DNA of 60,873 nucleotides, counting the filler. It is 6 parts of 6 records of this genome, joined end to end, with 100 filler letters (N's around TTAATTAATTAA, not from the genome) between each part and the next. Parts side by side here need not be neighbours in the genome. Positions count along the whole stretch, not along the records: positions 1 to 5,220 come from SRR31156797_5563; positions 5,321 to 13,804 come from SRR31156797_5567; 4 more parts are not named here. The stretch is one strand, 5' to 3'. Shown piece after piece: positions 1-9,002 of this stretch (position 1 is its first letter; every line of letters starts with the position of its first letter). Position numbers and translations under genes: made by a program. Under the pieces are notes generated by a model. That model saw only the letters and a list, made by a program, of their open reading frames with translations. It was not told where the DNA came from and searched no databases.

Positions 1-3000
1 GTCCATGACCGGCATCTGAATATCCATCAACACAAGATCAAATTCAGACATCTGAACCATCTCCATCCCTTCTTTGCCGTCATTGGCGGTCTCTACCACG
101 AAACCTGCTTCAACCAGGATCTCCTTGGCAACCTGCTGGTTTATCACATTATCTTCTACCAGTAAAATTCTTGCGCCCCGGATGTTCCGAACAATTTCCG
201 CTACCCGCCCTTTCTTTCTATCCGCACCGGGACGTCTGGCAACACCTTTGCCGAACGCTTGAAGGATCGCATTGAACAAGGTGGATGACCTCACCGGTTT
301 AATGAGCAAACCCTCCAGATCAACATTTTCAGCCGCCTTGACCGCTTCATCCCGGGCATAGGCCGTCACCATGATGATCTTGGGCTGCTTAACAAGATCC
401 GGGTGTCGGCGTATTTTCAGACTGGTTTCAATGCCATCCATCCCCGGCATGGTCCAATCCATCAGAACCAGATGATAGGGCCTCTCTTTCAAGGCCTGCT
501 CAAACAATGCCAGTGCTTCTTCCCCTGATGAAGCTATATCCACTTCATAACCAAAAGAGAATAATATCTCTTCAAAAATTTGGCGGGCAGTCTTGTTATC
601 ATCAACCACCAGCACTCTGAGACGCTCCAGATCCCCTGATAAGATCTGAGGTTCCGCTGCTTTTTCTTCACCAACACCGAAGGTGGCGGTGAAGAAAAAC
701 TCACTCCCCACGTTAGGCCGGCTTTCGACCCATATCTCCCCTTCCATCATGTTGACGAGACGTTGGCTGATGGTGAGGCCGAGCCCTGTCCCTCCGAATT
801 TCCTTGTGGTGGAGGCATCCGCCTGAGAGAAGGCGTGAAAGAGTCTTTCCCTCTGTTTTTCGGTTAAACCGATGCCCGAATCTCGAATTGAAAACTGAAT
901 GGTAACCTTGTCATTCGACATCTCAATCATCTTCGTGGTGAGCACAATCTCGCCATGTTCGGTGAACTTCACGGCGTTGTTTCCAAGGTTTACCAGCACC
1001 TGGCTGAGTCTTAAGGGGTCTCCCACCAGGAAATTGGGGACCTGAGAATCAAGGTGGAACAGGACCTCAAGATTCTCTTTTTCCTGAGCCTGGACAGTGA
1101 TCATATCGGCGATATTGTCCAGGGTCTCAGACAGATCGAATGCGACTTCTTCCATGTCCAGCCTGCCCGCTTCGATCTTGGAGAAATCCAATATATCATT
1201 GATGATGCTCAGAAGGGATTTTGCGGACATATCGATCTTTTTTAAATAGTCATGCTGTTTCGGGGTTAGGTTGGTTTTAAGGGCCAAATGAGACATACCG
1301 ATGATGGCATTCATGGGGGTTCGAATCTCATGGCTCATGTTCGCCAGAAATTCGCTTTTGGCCTGGGTGGCCTTTTCGGCAGCCATTTTCGCCTTCTCAA
1401 GATCTTCCATCATTTTTTTTCGATCTGTAACATCATTGGTCACAAACACGAGCCCGCCATCTTCAGTGGGTGCACGATATACTTCCGTGGTTCGATTGCC
1501 GGGTAATTTGTCTTCATATTTCACGACTTGTTGGGTTTGCTCGTTATCGATGTATAATTCAAGTCGTTTTGTCAGCAACTCATCCGGATCACCGGGACCA
1601 TAGTCTCCACGTTCGGCGCGGATGCGCAAAAAATTGGTGAACGGTTTTCCCTTCTCACGCATTTCTTTAGGAATATCATATAGCTCACAGAATTGTTCGT
1701 TTGAAATTTGAAAATTGAGATCTTTATCGACCATGAAAATTCCGCCAACCATACTGTTTATGGCCGTACTTAACTGCTCTTCCTTTTCACGAATTAAAAT
1801 TTCGGTGTTTTTGCGCTCGATGACGCCGGAAAGTACATCGGCGATACTTTGCAGGACCAATGCTTCGTCTTTCTCATATGCATGACCGGCTTCAACATAA
1901 ACCGTAAATACGCCCAGAACCTGTTTCGAAGATGATAAAATCGGAATGCAATAATGGCCGTGATCCTTGATCCTATCAAAAATGACCTCATGGTTTTTAT
2001 TCAAGTTGCTTTCAAATACCAGTTCTTTGCTCGCCAGAGCCTTTCCGCACAAACAGACGCCAGAGGAAACCGTGATGCATTGTTCAAGCAGACTGGGATG
2101 AAGTCCCCGGTGTGCCTTGAGCACCAGCCTATTTGTCTCTCTGTCCACTAGGAATATGACACCCCTCTTTTCAAAAACCAGTTTGGGGATCGCAATAATC
2201 TGATCGATCGCCTTTTCCAACATGGCATCAAGTGACAGGTCTTTCAGTGAGAGAGAGAGCAATTCGTTCAGGATTGATCGAATCCGGTGCTCGCGGTGCA
2301 ATTTTTCATCGGCCTGTTTGAGGTCGGTAATGTCTTTGGTCACAACAACCACATGCGTAACTTTTTTTTCCTCATTAAAATACGGGTACAGGGTAAACTC
2401 ATATTGTCGATTCCTGCATGTTCTCAGATCCAGCAATGTTTCGTAAGAAACGATTTCGCCTTTAAAACAACGATCAATAATCGGTTTAATGGTTTCTTCA
2501 AACAGCCGTGCCCCCCAGACTTCAGCAACGGTTTTTGAAAGTATTTCTCCGGAAGTTTCCTGAAAAAGATTTAAGAACGCTTCATTCACGGCTTCGTAAA
2601 CATAATGATGGTTGATAAAACTCATGGGATGTTTCACCGAATTGACAATAAACTCATATCGGGTTTTAATTTCTTCTTCCCGTTTTCGTTCCGTAATGTC
2701 ACGTGCAAAGGCACAGATGAATGCTTTATCTCCGAACACCATATAACTGCTTGTAATTTCAACAGGTAATTGCTTGCCGTCTTTGGCCTGATGGAGTGAT
2801 TCAAAGGTCATTGAACCTCTCACTTTAATATCTTTCCAGTGCTCCGCCCCCATTTCCTCAGGAAAAGCTGGGTCGATGTCGTGAATGGTCATTTCCAGCA
2901 GTTCCTCTTTTGAATAGCCAAGATTCCGGCAGACCGCATCGTTCACATAGATAAGTCCGGCATTTTGATCAAACCAAAAAGCCGAATCGGATGCATGATC

Positions 3001-5220
3001 CACGGCAAACTGGGTGAACTGCATTTTTTCTTCTATCCGTTTTTCCTTTATGATGCCCCACATATTCTGCATGAACAGGGTGATCTGACGGGTATCGGAA
3101 TCCCCATAAGGATCTTTTTTGTTCCCCACGCCGGCGACCATAACGGCAATATCACCATCCATCACGGGGATACTCATGTGACGTGCAAGGGGAATATGAC
3201 CCTCGGGCAGATCTTTTCGGTTGGGATGATTCGGGTAATCGTTATGAATGACGGGCTTTTTCTCACGGACACAGTCCGCCCAAATGCCCGCATCCTCAAT
3301 GGGATAATGTGGGTTTTTTTCCGCCGTGCAATGGTCATGGGTGTTTTTTGACCAGGTATAGAGGCTCAGTGTTTTTTGGTCCGGATTAACGAAATGCAGG
3401 TAACCGACCCGGCTCGAAGTTAATCGCACACATTCCTCTAGTGCATGCTCCACCAGTTGCCCCTCGTCCACATCCTTTATCTGGCTGAGTTCCAGCAGCG
3501 CTTCAAGGCGTTCCTCATCAAGCTTCAATTGAGCCTCAGCCTGCTTTCGTTGGGTTACTTCTTTTCTAAGCCTTTGATTCCAATAAAAGAATAGAACAAT
3601 AAGCAGAAAGCCCGGTGCCAGGATTTTCCAGAAAAGCGAATAGTCGAAGCCGCGTTCATATTTTATGGATACCCAGTGATTAAAAATCTCAGCACGCTTT
3701 TCTTCCGGAATGGCATCGAGGGCCTTTTGCATCAGTTTTGCTAAAATCGGCTGGTCCTTACGGACCCCGATGGCGGTTTTGAAGCTGAAAGGCGTCTCGC
3801 CGGAAATCTTTAAGCCGTGATATCCTTCACGCCCCATCACATGAACAATGGCGGCAAGGCTGTCCATAAAAGCGGCGGCATGGCCCCTTTGAACCGCCTT
3901 TAATCCCTCAGAAATGTCTTTGACGGGGACCAGTTCCAATTCCGGATGATTGTTCACTAAAATGTCTTGGGATGCATAGCCGTCCACCACCGCGATTTTC
4001 TTGTGCGCCAGCATGTTCATATCGTTGATATATGGAATATCCGGTCCGGTTACAATGACCATGGGGAAGTTGAGATAGGGTGTTGTAAAGCTCAGGTACT
4101 GCTCGCGTTGTGGCGTACGCATTACAGATGAGATAATATCCAATTCACCCGACTTTGCCGCCGCAAGGGTCGCCTGCCAGCTTTGCGGCTTGGCCGGTTC
4201 AATGGTGATACCCAAAGACTCAGCGATCAGATCCATGTATTCAGCACTGATGCCTTGGTAGTTACCCTTCTCGTCAGCATATTCAACAGGGGGCCAGTCA
4301 ATGTCGTAGCCAAGACGAATCACTGGATGCTCTCTGATCCAGTCCCGTTCATTCTTGGTAAGAGGCAGCAGGTTCGGCAGCCATATCCACTTTTTCAGAA
4401 CATTGTTTACCTCTTCATGTTTAATTGATTTAAACGCTTTATTGAGAATCGAAGCCAAAATGGGGGTATCCGACCGGATGGCGGCTGCGCTTCCGTCATC
4501 AAGATTTTTCAATATATAGATGGGTTCGATTTGCGGAAGCATGTATTTTGAAAGCAGATAGCTGTTCACATTGAAACCGATCATGACATCTGCTTTTCCT
4601 TGGGATAACAGTTTAAGGGCATTAAGCGGATTGTCGGACTTTACGCGCGTAATTTGATCGCCTTTAGCCTCTAAGTATTTGTTTAAAAAAACGATTTTTT
4701 TAAAATAGACCACCCGTAATCCATTCAAATCCGCCTCGGAGTTGATTTCAAACGTTCTATCTTTTTTGGCAAAAACCGTGACCAGATTGGAAAAGGGTAA
4801 TCGGACTGGATGTAATCCCAATTTTTTTGCCACTTTTTCATTCATCTGGCCGACAAGATCAATTTCCAGGTTTTGAGTGCGGTGAAAAATTTTTAACCAC
4901 TCGTCATCAATGAACTCGAAGGTTACGCCGAGTCTATCGCCAAGCAGTCCATAGAAATCGGGTAATATCCCTTTGATGGATCCGCCGGAATCCCTCACGA
5001 ATACAGGTTCAAATTTGCTTGAATGGCCCACCTTAATAACCGGGTGCTCCCTAAGCCACTGTTTCTCTGTTTCAGTCAAATGGATGGCAAGGCCCATGTC
5101 GCCAGTTCTCACAATTTCACCCATCCACTTCGATTTAAGCTGACGATGCTCCTCGGGTGTGATGGACAAAAGGGCTTTATCCAGGATGGATGCCAGAATC
5201 GGCCAGTCATTACGAACGGC
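1..5220 (-). CDS. Giant hybrid sensor histidine kinase/response regulator, BvgS/EvgS-like; partial at both ends
   Basis: Manual translation: the frame starting at 5220 ([20 protein letters not shown]) is the same frame at position 1 ([14 protein letters not shown]). It holds periplasmic solute-binding repeats ([11 protein letters not shown] ~5040, [11 protein letters not shown] ~4330), a TM helix (~3580-3650), GAF/PAS domains, H-box [14 protein letters not shown] (~1311-1351), N-box [18 protein letters not shown] and two receiver domains. Probably missing from the ORF track because no stop codon falls in the window. Confidence 0.93.
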
Positions 5221-5320
5221 NNNNNNNNNNNNNNNNNNNNNNNNNNNNNNNNNNNNNNNNNNNNTTAATTAATTAANNNNNNNNNNNNNNNNNNNNNNNN
5301 NNNNNNNNNNNNNNNNNNNN
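5221..5320. other. Artificial contig spacer (N44-TTAATTAATTAA-N44)
   Basis: The same spacer, with stops in all six frames, recurs five times; genes are cut at the junctions. Confidence 0.98.
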
Positions 5321-5527
5321 CGGTAAAAATTTCGCGGCAGCCAAGCAGTTTTTATGTCCGCGGGACGGTTAATCCGAATAACCACGAAGTTTTTCTAAAG
5401 GGCGTTGGAAAGCAGCGGAATAACCGGCAGAGCAATCTTGGGGTCCAGGCCGGATATGCGCAATCCGAAATCCATCCATAAGGGATGTCTTACGAATTCC
5501 AGCCAAGAGGCCGGTGTGGAAAAAGTG

Positions 5528-5565
5528 AAGGCGTAACTCAAAAAAAATTCCGAGTTGCGCCTTTT
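5528..5565 (+). terminator. Intrinsic terminator-like hairpin
   Basis: AAGGCGTAACTC...GAGTTGCGCCTT stem followed by T residues. Confidence 0.6.
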
Positions 5566-5640
5566 ATATTAACCCCTTGCCGGCTGTTAACAGATAAGGC
5601 GCCGGCGTCCGGGATTTCACTCCGGAAAAGGAATGACTTT

Positions 5641-6000
5641 ATGTCGGCAATCCAAAAAAAGAATATATCTCAATCCGCCGATTATCTTTCAAGCGATCCA
5701 ATACATAACGGCGCCCTCAAGGCTTATGGTAGAATTCAGGATATATTTCAGCGAAATTCAGGTAAAAAAGCTCCATCTAAAACCAGGAACGGAATTGATT
5801 ATGGATATGGATCTCCATTGGGTTTGGAAAAAAAGCATATGCTGCGAATAGAAGTCACAGCGGAAATGATCTTCCGCCTTTTAAAAACGGGACACATATG
5901 CGCCGCGGATTTAAACTGCCTTGATTGCGAATCCAAGCGCTGCCTGTTAAAGCTTGTTTTGGATGCATGCAGATCAAAGTCCGGAAGCATGTCCTTTTAA
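5641..6000 (+). CDS. Small Cys-rich hypothetical protein (start uncertain: 5641 or later)
   Basis: C-terminal HICAADLNCLDCESKRCLLKLVLDAC motif. The track start at 5485 runs through the hairpin at 5528-5565; ATG 5641 has an AAGGA upstream. Confidence 0.55.
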   Translation: MSAIQKKNISQSADYLSSDPIHNGALKAYGRIQDIFQRNSGKKAPSKTRNGIDYGYGSPLGLEKKHMLRIEVTAEMIFRLLKTGHICAADLNCLDCESKRCLLKLVLDACRSKSGSMSF

Positions 6001-6152
6001 TAGACGCCGGGGGAACAAGATTGAAATTCAGAATTTAATTCCTGATGCGAATTATTAATACTGCTTAGAAAAGATAGTAGGTCCGCCATTGACTGGCCGG
6101 GACCGTGTTGAATTAGTTCTGTTGCTGAGTTGATAAAGGGAATGTAATTCAA

Positions 6153-7064
6153 ATGACCATCATTGGACGTAAAAAAACGCCCGAGACAGCCTCTCATGAT
6201 TTTAACGTTTGCAAAACGATTGAACTGGATCTTTCGAATGTTTGGCTGGCCGGACGATGGCTGACTTTCCGCAAGGAAAATCCGTTCTTACTATCGGACA
6301 AAGTCGAGAACGACACCTGTCACCTGTGTTTTTGTCTTTACGGCGGTTTTCGCACCCTGGATTCAAACAAGGCATCAAACGGCCTTCTCAACGTACCCAC
6401 CGGCAACTGTGCATTCATATTCCATCCAACCGATTGTCGCTGCAGAACATGCAGCGCCCCCGGGGCGTCACGGATATATCAAATTCAGTTTTCAGGTCAC
6501 GACCTGTTAAACCTTATCGGGTTGAACGAGTTGGGAGAAAAACTCCTATCAGCCAGAACCAAAGGCGCTCCCCTGACCCTTGTCGCCAAAACAACTCCGA
6601 CCATGGCTTACGTTTTACGCCAGATGGAAATTCGCAAAGCTGAAGATGATAACAACACGCTTTTCTGGATGGTCAAGACAATGGAATTAATCATGCTTTT
6701 TGCAGACTCCCTGGAGCAACGGAACCAAAACCAAATAAGCGTCGACGACCGCAAGGCGGTGGAAAAGGCCCAGACCATACTGGAAAACCGCATGTCAGAA
6801 CCACCTTCCCTGGAAGAGCTTGCCATGGAAGTCGGAATGAGCGTATCCAAATTCAAAAAGATTTTTCCTCGCAAGTGCGGCCGGACGCCTTATGCCTACC
6901 TTCGCCAGGTTAGAATGGAACGTTCGCTCCACCTCATACAATGTGGTGATAAGAGCGTTACAGAAGCGGCTTTTGAAGTGGGCTATAACAGCCTGAGCCG
7001 CTTTTCCAAAGCTTTTGCGGATCACTTCGGATTCAGACCTTCGGAAGCCCGTTACGTAAAGTAA
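6153..7064 (+). CDS. AraC-family transcriptional regulator (PchR/YbtA-like) with Cys-rich N-terminal domain
   Basis: C-terminal double HTH (PPSLEELAMEVGMSVSKFKKIF...SVTEAAFEVGYNSLSRFSKAFADHFGFRPS). Confidence 0.9.
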   Translation: MTIIGRKKTPETASHDFNVCKTIELDLSNVWLAGRWLTFRKENPFLLSDKVENDTCHLCFCLYGGFRTLDSNKASNGLLNVPTGNCAFIFHPTDCRCRTCSAPGASRIYQIQFSGHDLLNLIGLNELGEKLLSARTKGAPLTLVAKTTPTMAYVLRQMEIRKAEDDNNTLFWMVKTMELIMLFADSLEQRNQNQISVDDRKAVEKAQTILENRMSEPPSLEELAMEVGMSVSKFKKIFPRKCGRTPYAYLRQVRMERSLHLIQCGDKSVTEAAFEVGYNSLSRFSKAFADHFGFRPSEARYVK

Positions 7065-7225
7065 TTCCGGATGGCGCCTTGATGCATTGTGGCTTCAGGG
7101 GCGATAGATAAGTCTTTTCAGGTTAGCTTTTTCTAATTTTCTTTTGTATTTATAACTTCACCCCGGCGATCCTCAACTTGATACGCCCCGGGCGAGAGGA
7201 AATAACGAGAATGGGATTTTAATAA

Positions 7226-7432
7226 ATGCTTCCCGATAGAATTGAACGCCTGAATGAAGAACATGATCCGGTGTTGCAAAAAATAAGCGAATTATACCAG
7301 GACCTGTTCCTGCACAATGGATTCGGTGAGTTGAAGGTAACCATGCGTTTTCTAAAAAAGGGGCAGAAGGAAATCATAGTCACCTGCGGGAAGGAATTCC
7401 GGTTTGTCCTGAACTATCCGAACGTTCAATAA
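7226..7432 (+). CDS. 68-aa hypothetical protein
   Basis: Compact, protein-like helix + beta composition (LYQDLFLHNGFGELKVTMRFLKKGQKEIIVTCGKEFRFVL); co-oriented with the flanking genes. Confidence 0.7.
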   Translation: MLPDRIERLNEEHDPVLQKISELYQDLFLHNGFGELKVTMRFLKKGQKEIIVTCGKEFRFVLNYPNVQ

Positions 7433-7590
7433 TCGGCCTGTGGCCGGCTGTGAACCGATAAGGATAAAAACTATATGGGAAACCGAAGAGATCGCTGACG
7501 ATCTGGGAAGGGAGGTGATAAAAACCCGATCACCGCACGGGCCGCCAATGCGGTCCGCCTGTCACGGCAAGGAGCCGGAAGGAAATCTTG

Positions 7591-7676
7591 TATTCCGATA
7601 AAGCCAAACCCGCCGAGAGACGGGGGCGGAAAGCCGCGGGTCCTTATTTTTTAAGGACAGCCGGGCCGCCGGAATT
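7591..7676 (+). ncRNA. c-di-GMP-I (GEMM-I) riboswitch aptamer
   Basis: Matches the GEMM-I layout: P1 (ATTCCG/CGGAAT), G-CC-AAA-CCC, P2 with GAGA (GNRA) tetraloop, GGCGGAAAGCC junction, P3 with GGGTCC...GGACAGCC receptor, and a GGGCCGCCGG 3' end. Lies in the 5' leader of the pilin gene. Confidence 0.88.
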
Positions 7677-7769
7677 GCTTCTATCAAGAAAATAATACTA
7701 TGTGCGCAGATCCTGAGGCGGGGTTGCGAACACGGAATGCAATTATCCTTCATAATCAGGAGAGATGTA

Positions 7770-8798
7770 ATGAAGAATCAAAAAAGCAAGTTAGTAAGAA
7801 AAAAAGGTTTTACGCTTCTTGAAATATTGGTGGTTCTCACCATTATGGGTTTTCTTATCGCCATGGTCGCGCCTCGTCTGGCCGGCGTCTCCGGCGACGC
7901 GGTTGACACTGTATGCGACACCAACCAGAACAGAATGGTCGGGTACATGTCCAGCTATTTTGAAAGAAAAGCCCGCTTCCCCAACAAGATGACCAACCTT
8001 GTACAGGAAGACTCCGCCACCGCCCCGAACTACGCCGTTCTAACCGTTTCGGACGGCGATCCGGAGAATGGCGTTGAAACCCTGGCTGCGGAATTCGACG
8101 ACCGCAACCATTTTAAAATTCACATTCTGGACGCTGATGAAGCCGCCCAACTCAGAGGGCTGGGCATTGTCACCCTGTTGAATCTCAACGCCTACGACAA
8201 TTCAAGTGTGGTCACCGCCAACCAGGAAGCATCCATGAATCCGGTTACACCGGCGGCGGGCGTAGGCGTGGCCATGGTCGGCATCGGCCATAACGCCACT
8301 GCTTGGGATCTTGAATCCACGGAACGCGGTTGGGGCGAACCCGATTGGTTCGGCCGCATCGTACTCGGCCTTGGACCCGAGTGCGGCCTGATCACTTCCG
8401 GCGTCATAGCCAATGCGGCCCATTGCCCGGGCGGCATCCAGAACACCGACAATTGCACCTACAACGACTACAACCTGGTTCTGCCGCGTCTGGAAGCCAC
8501 GGTTGACCGTTTTGACACCGACGGCGACGGCGACGTCGACTCGACCGACGCTGCGGCGCTCGGCTTCGGAGCGACCGTAGACCCGACCGTCATTAATGCG
8601 GTGGCGTACGACGATGAACCGGCCGCCGCTTATGACTACACTGCCAACGGCGACAACCTGCGCGTCAGAACTTTCGACATCTCGGAGGTCCAGGAATCCT
8701 GGCAGTACGCGACCCAGTGCCCCGAAGGCCACATGTATCCTGAGGATGACGGTGAATTCTGGGGTATTGACATCGACGGCGCCACCGGAATCAATTAA
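7770..8798 (+). CDS. Large type IV pilin/pseudopilin (class III signal peptide), probable major subunit, 342 aa
   Basis: Basic leader, then KKG|FTLLEILVVLTIMGFLIAMVAP (G-1, F1, E5, P22). AGGAG SD precedes ATG 7770, which is a better start than 7737. Followed by a strong terminator. Confidence 0.88.
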   Translation: MKNQKSKLVRKKGFTLLEILVVLTIMGFLIAMVAPRLAGVSGDAVDTVCDTNQNRMVGYMSSYFERKARFPNKMTNLVQEDSATAPNYAVLTVSDGDPENGVETLAAEFDDRNHFKIHILDADEAAQLRGLGIVTLLNLNAYDNSSVVTANQEASMNPVTPAAGVGVAMVGIGHNATAWDLESTERGWGEPDWFGRIVLGLGPECGLITSGVIANAAHCPGGIQNTDNCTYNDYNLVLPRLEATVDRFDTDGDGDVDSTDAAALGFGATVDPTVINAVAYDDEPAAAYDYTANGDNLRVRTFDISEVQESWQYATQCPEGHMYPEDDGEFWGIDIDGATGIN

Positions 8799-8830
8799 TA
8801 GATTGAACCGGCGACTCATAGCCTGAAATC

Positions 8831-8861
8831 AGGCGGGGCGACTTGATCGCCCCGCCTTTTT
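8831..8861 (+). terminator. Intrinsic terminator after the major pilin gene
   Basis: Perfect GC-rich stem AGGCGGGGCGA/TCGCCCCGCCT followed by a T run. Confidence 0.85.
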
Positions 8862-9002
8862 CCAGACCGTAAAAGCCTGAGCGGGCTTTTGGTATGGCTG
8901 AAATTTCCAGACCAAACCAACGCTTGAAAGTTTAAAAAAAGGAATACCCGCTGAACCAATTCTTTGAAAAAATTATTCGGCTGCGGGAAGTGGCTTTTTC
9001 TA

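Noticed and set aside
74-5268. Short plus-strand ORFs in the track over contig 1
   Set aside because: They are antisense shadows of the long minus-strand kinase; the one containing X runs into the spacer.
5485-5640. N-terminal extension of the 171-aa ORF
   Set aside because: It crosses a terminator-like hairpin and looks non-coding; a later start is more plausible.
6020-6039. Possible Fur box (ATTGAAATTCAGAATTTAAT) upstream of araC
   Set aside because: Only the left half fits and the region is AT-rich; too weak without a PWM scan.
7591-7676. cGAMP-specific (GEMM-Ib) assignment of the riboswitch
   Set aside because: The discriminating nucleotide is G (7603), not A.
7770-8798. Geobacter-type conductive e-pilin
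   Set aside because: Those are short truncated pilins; this one is 342 aa with no heme-binding CxxCH motifs, and nothing here supports conductivity.
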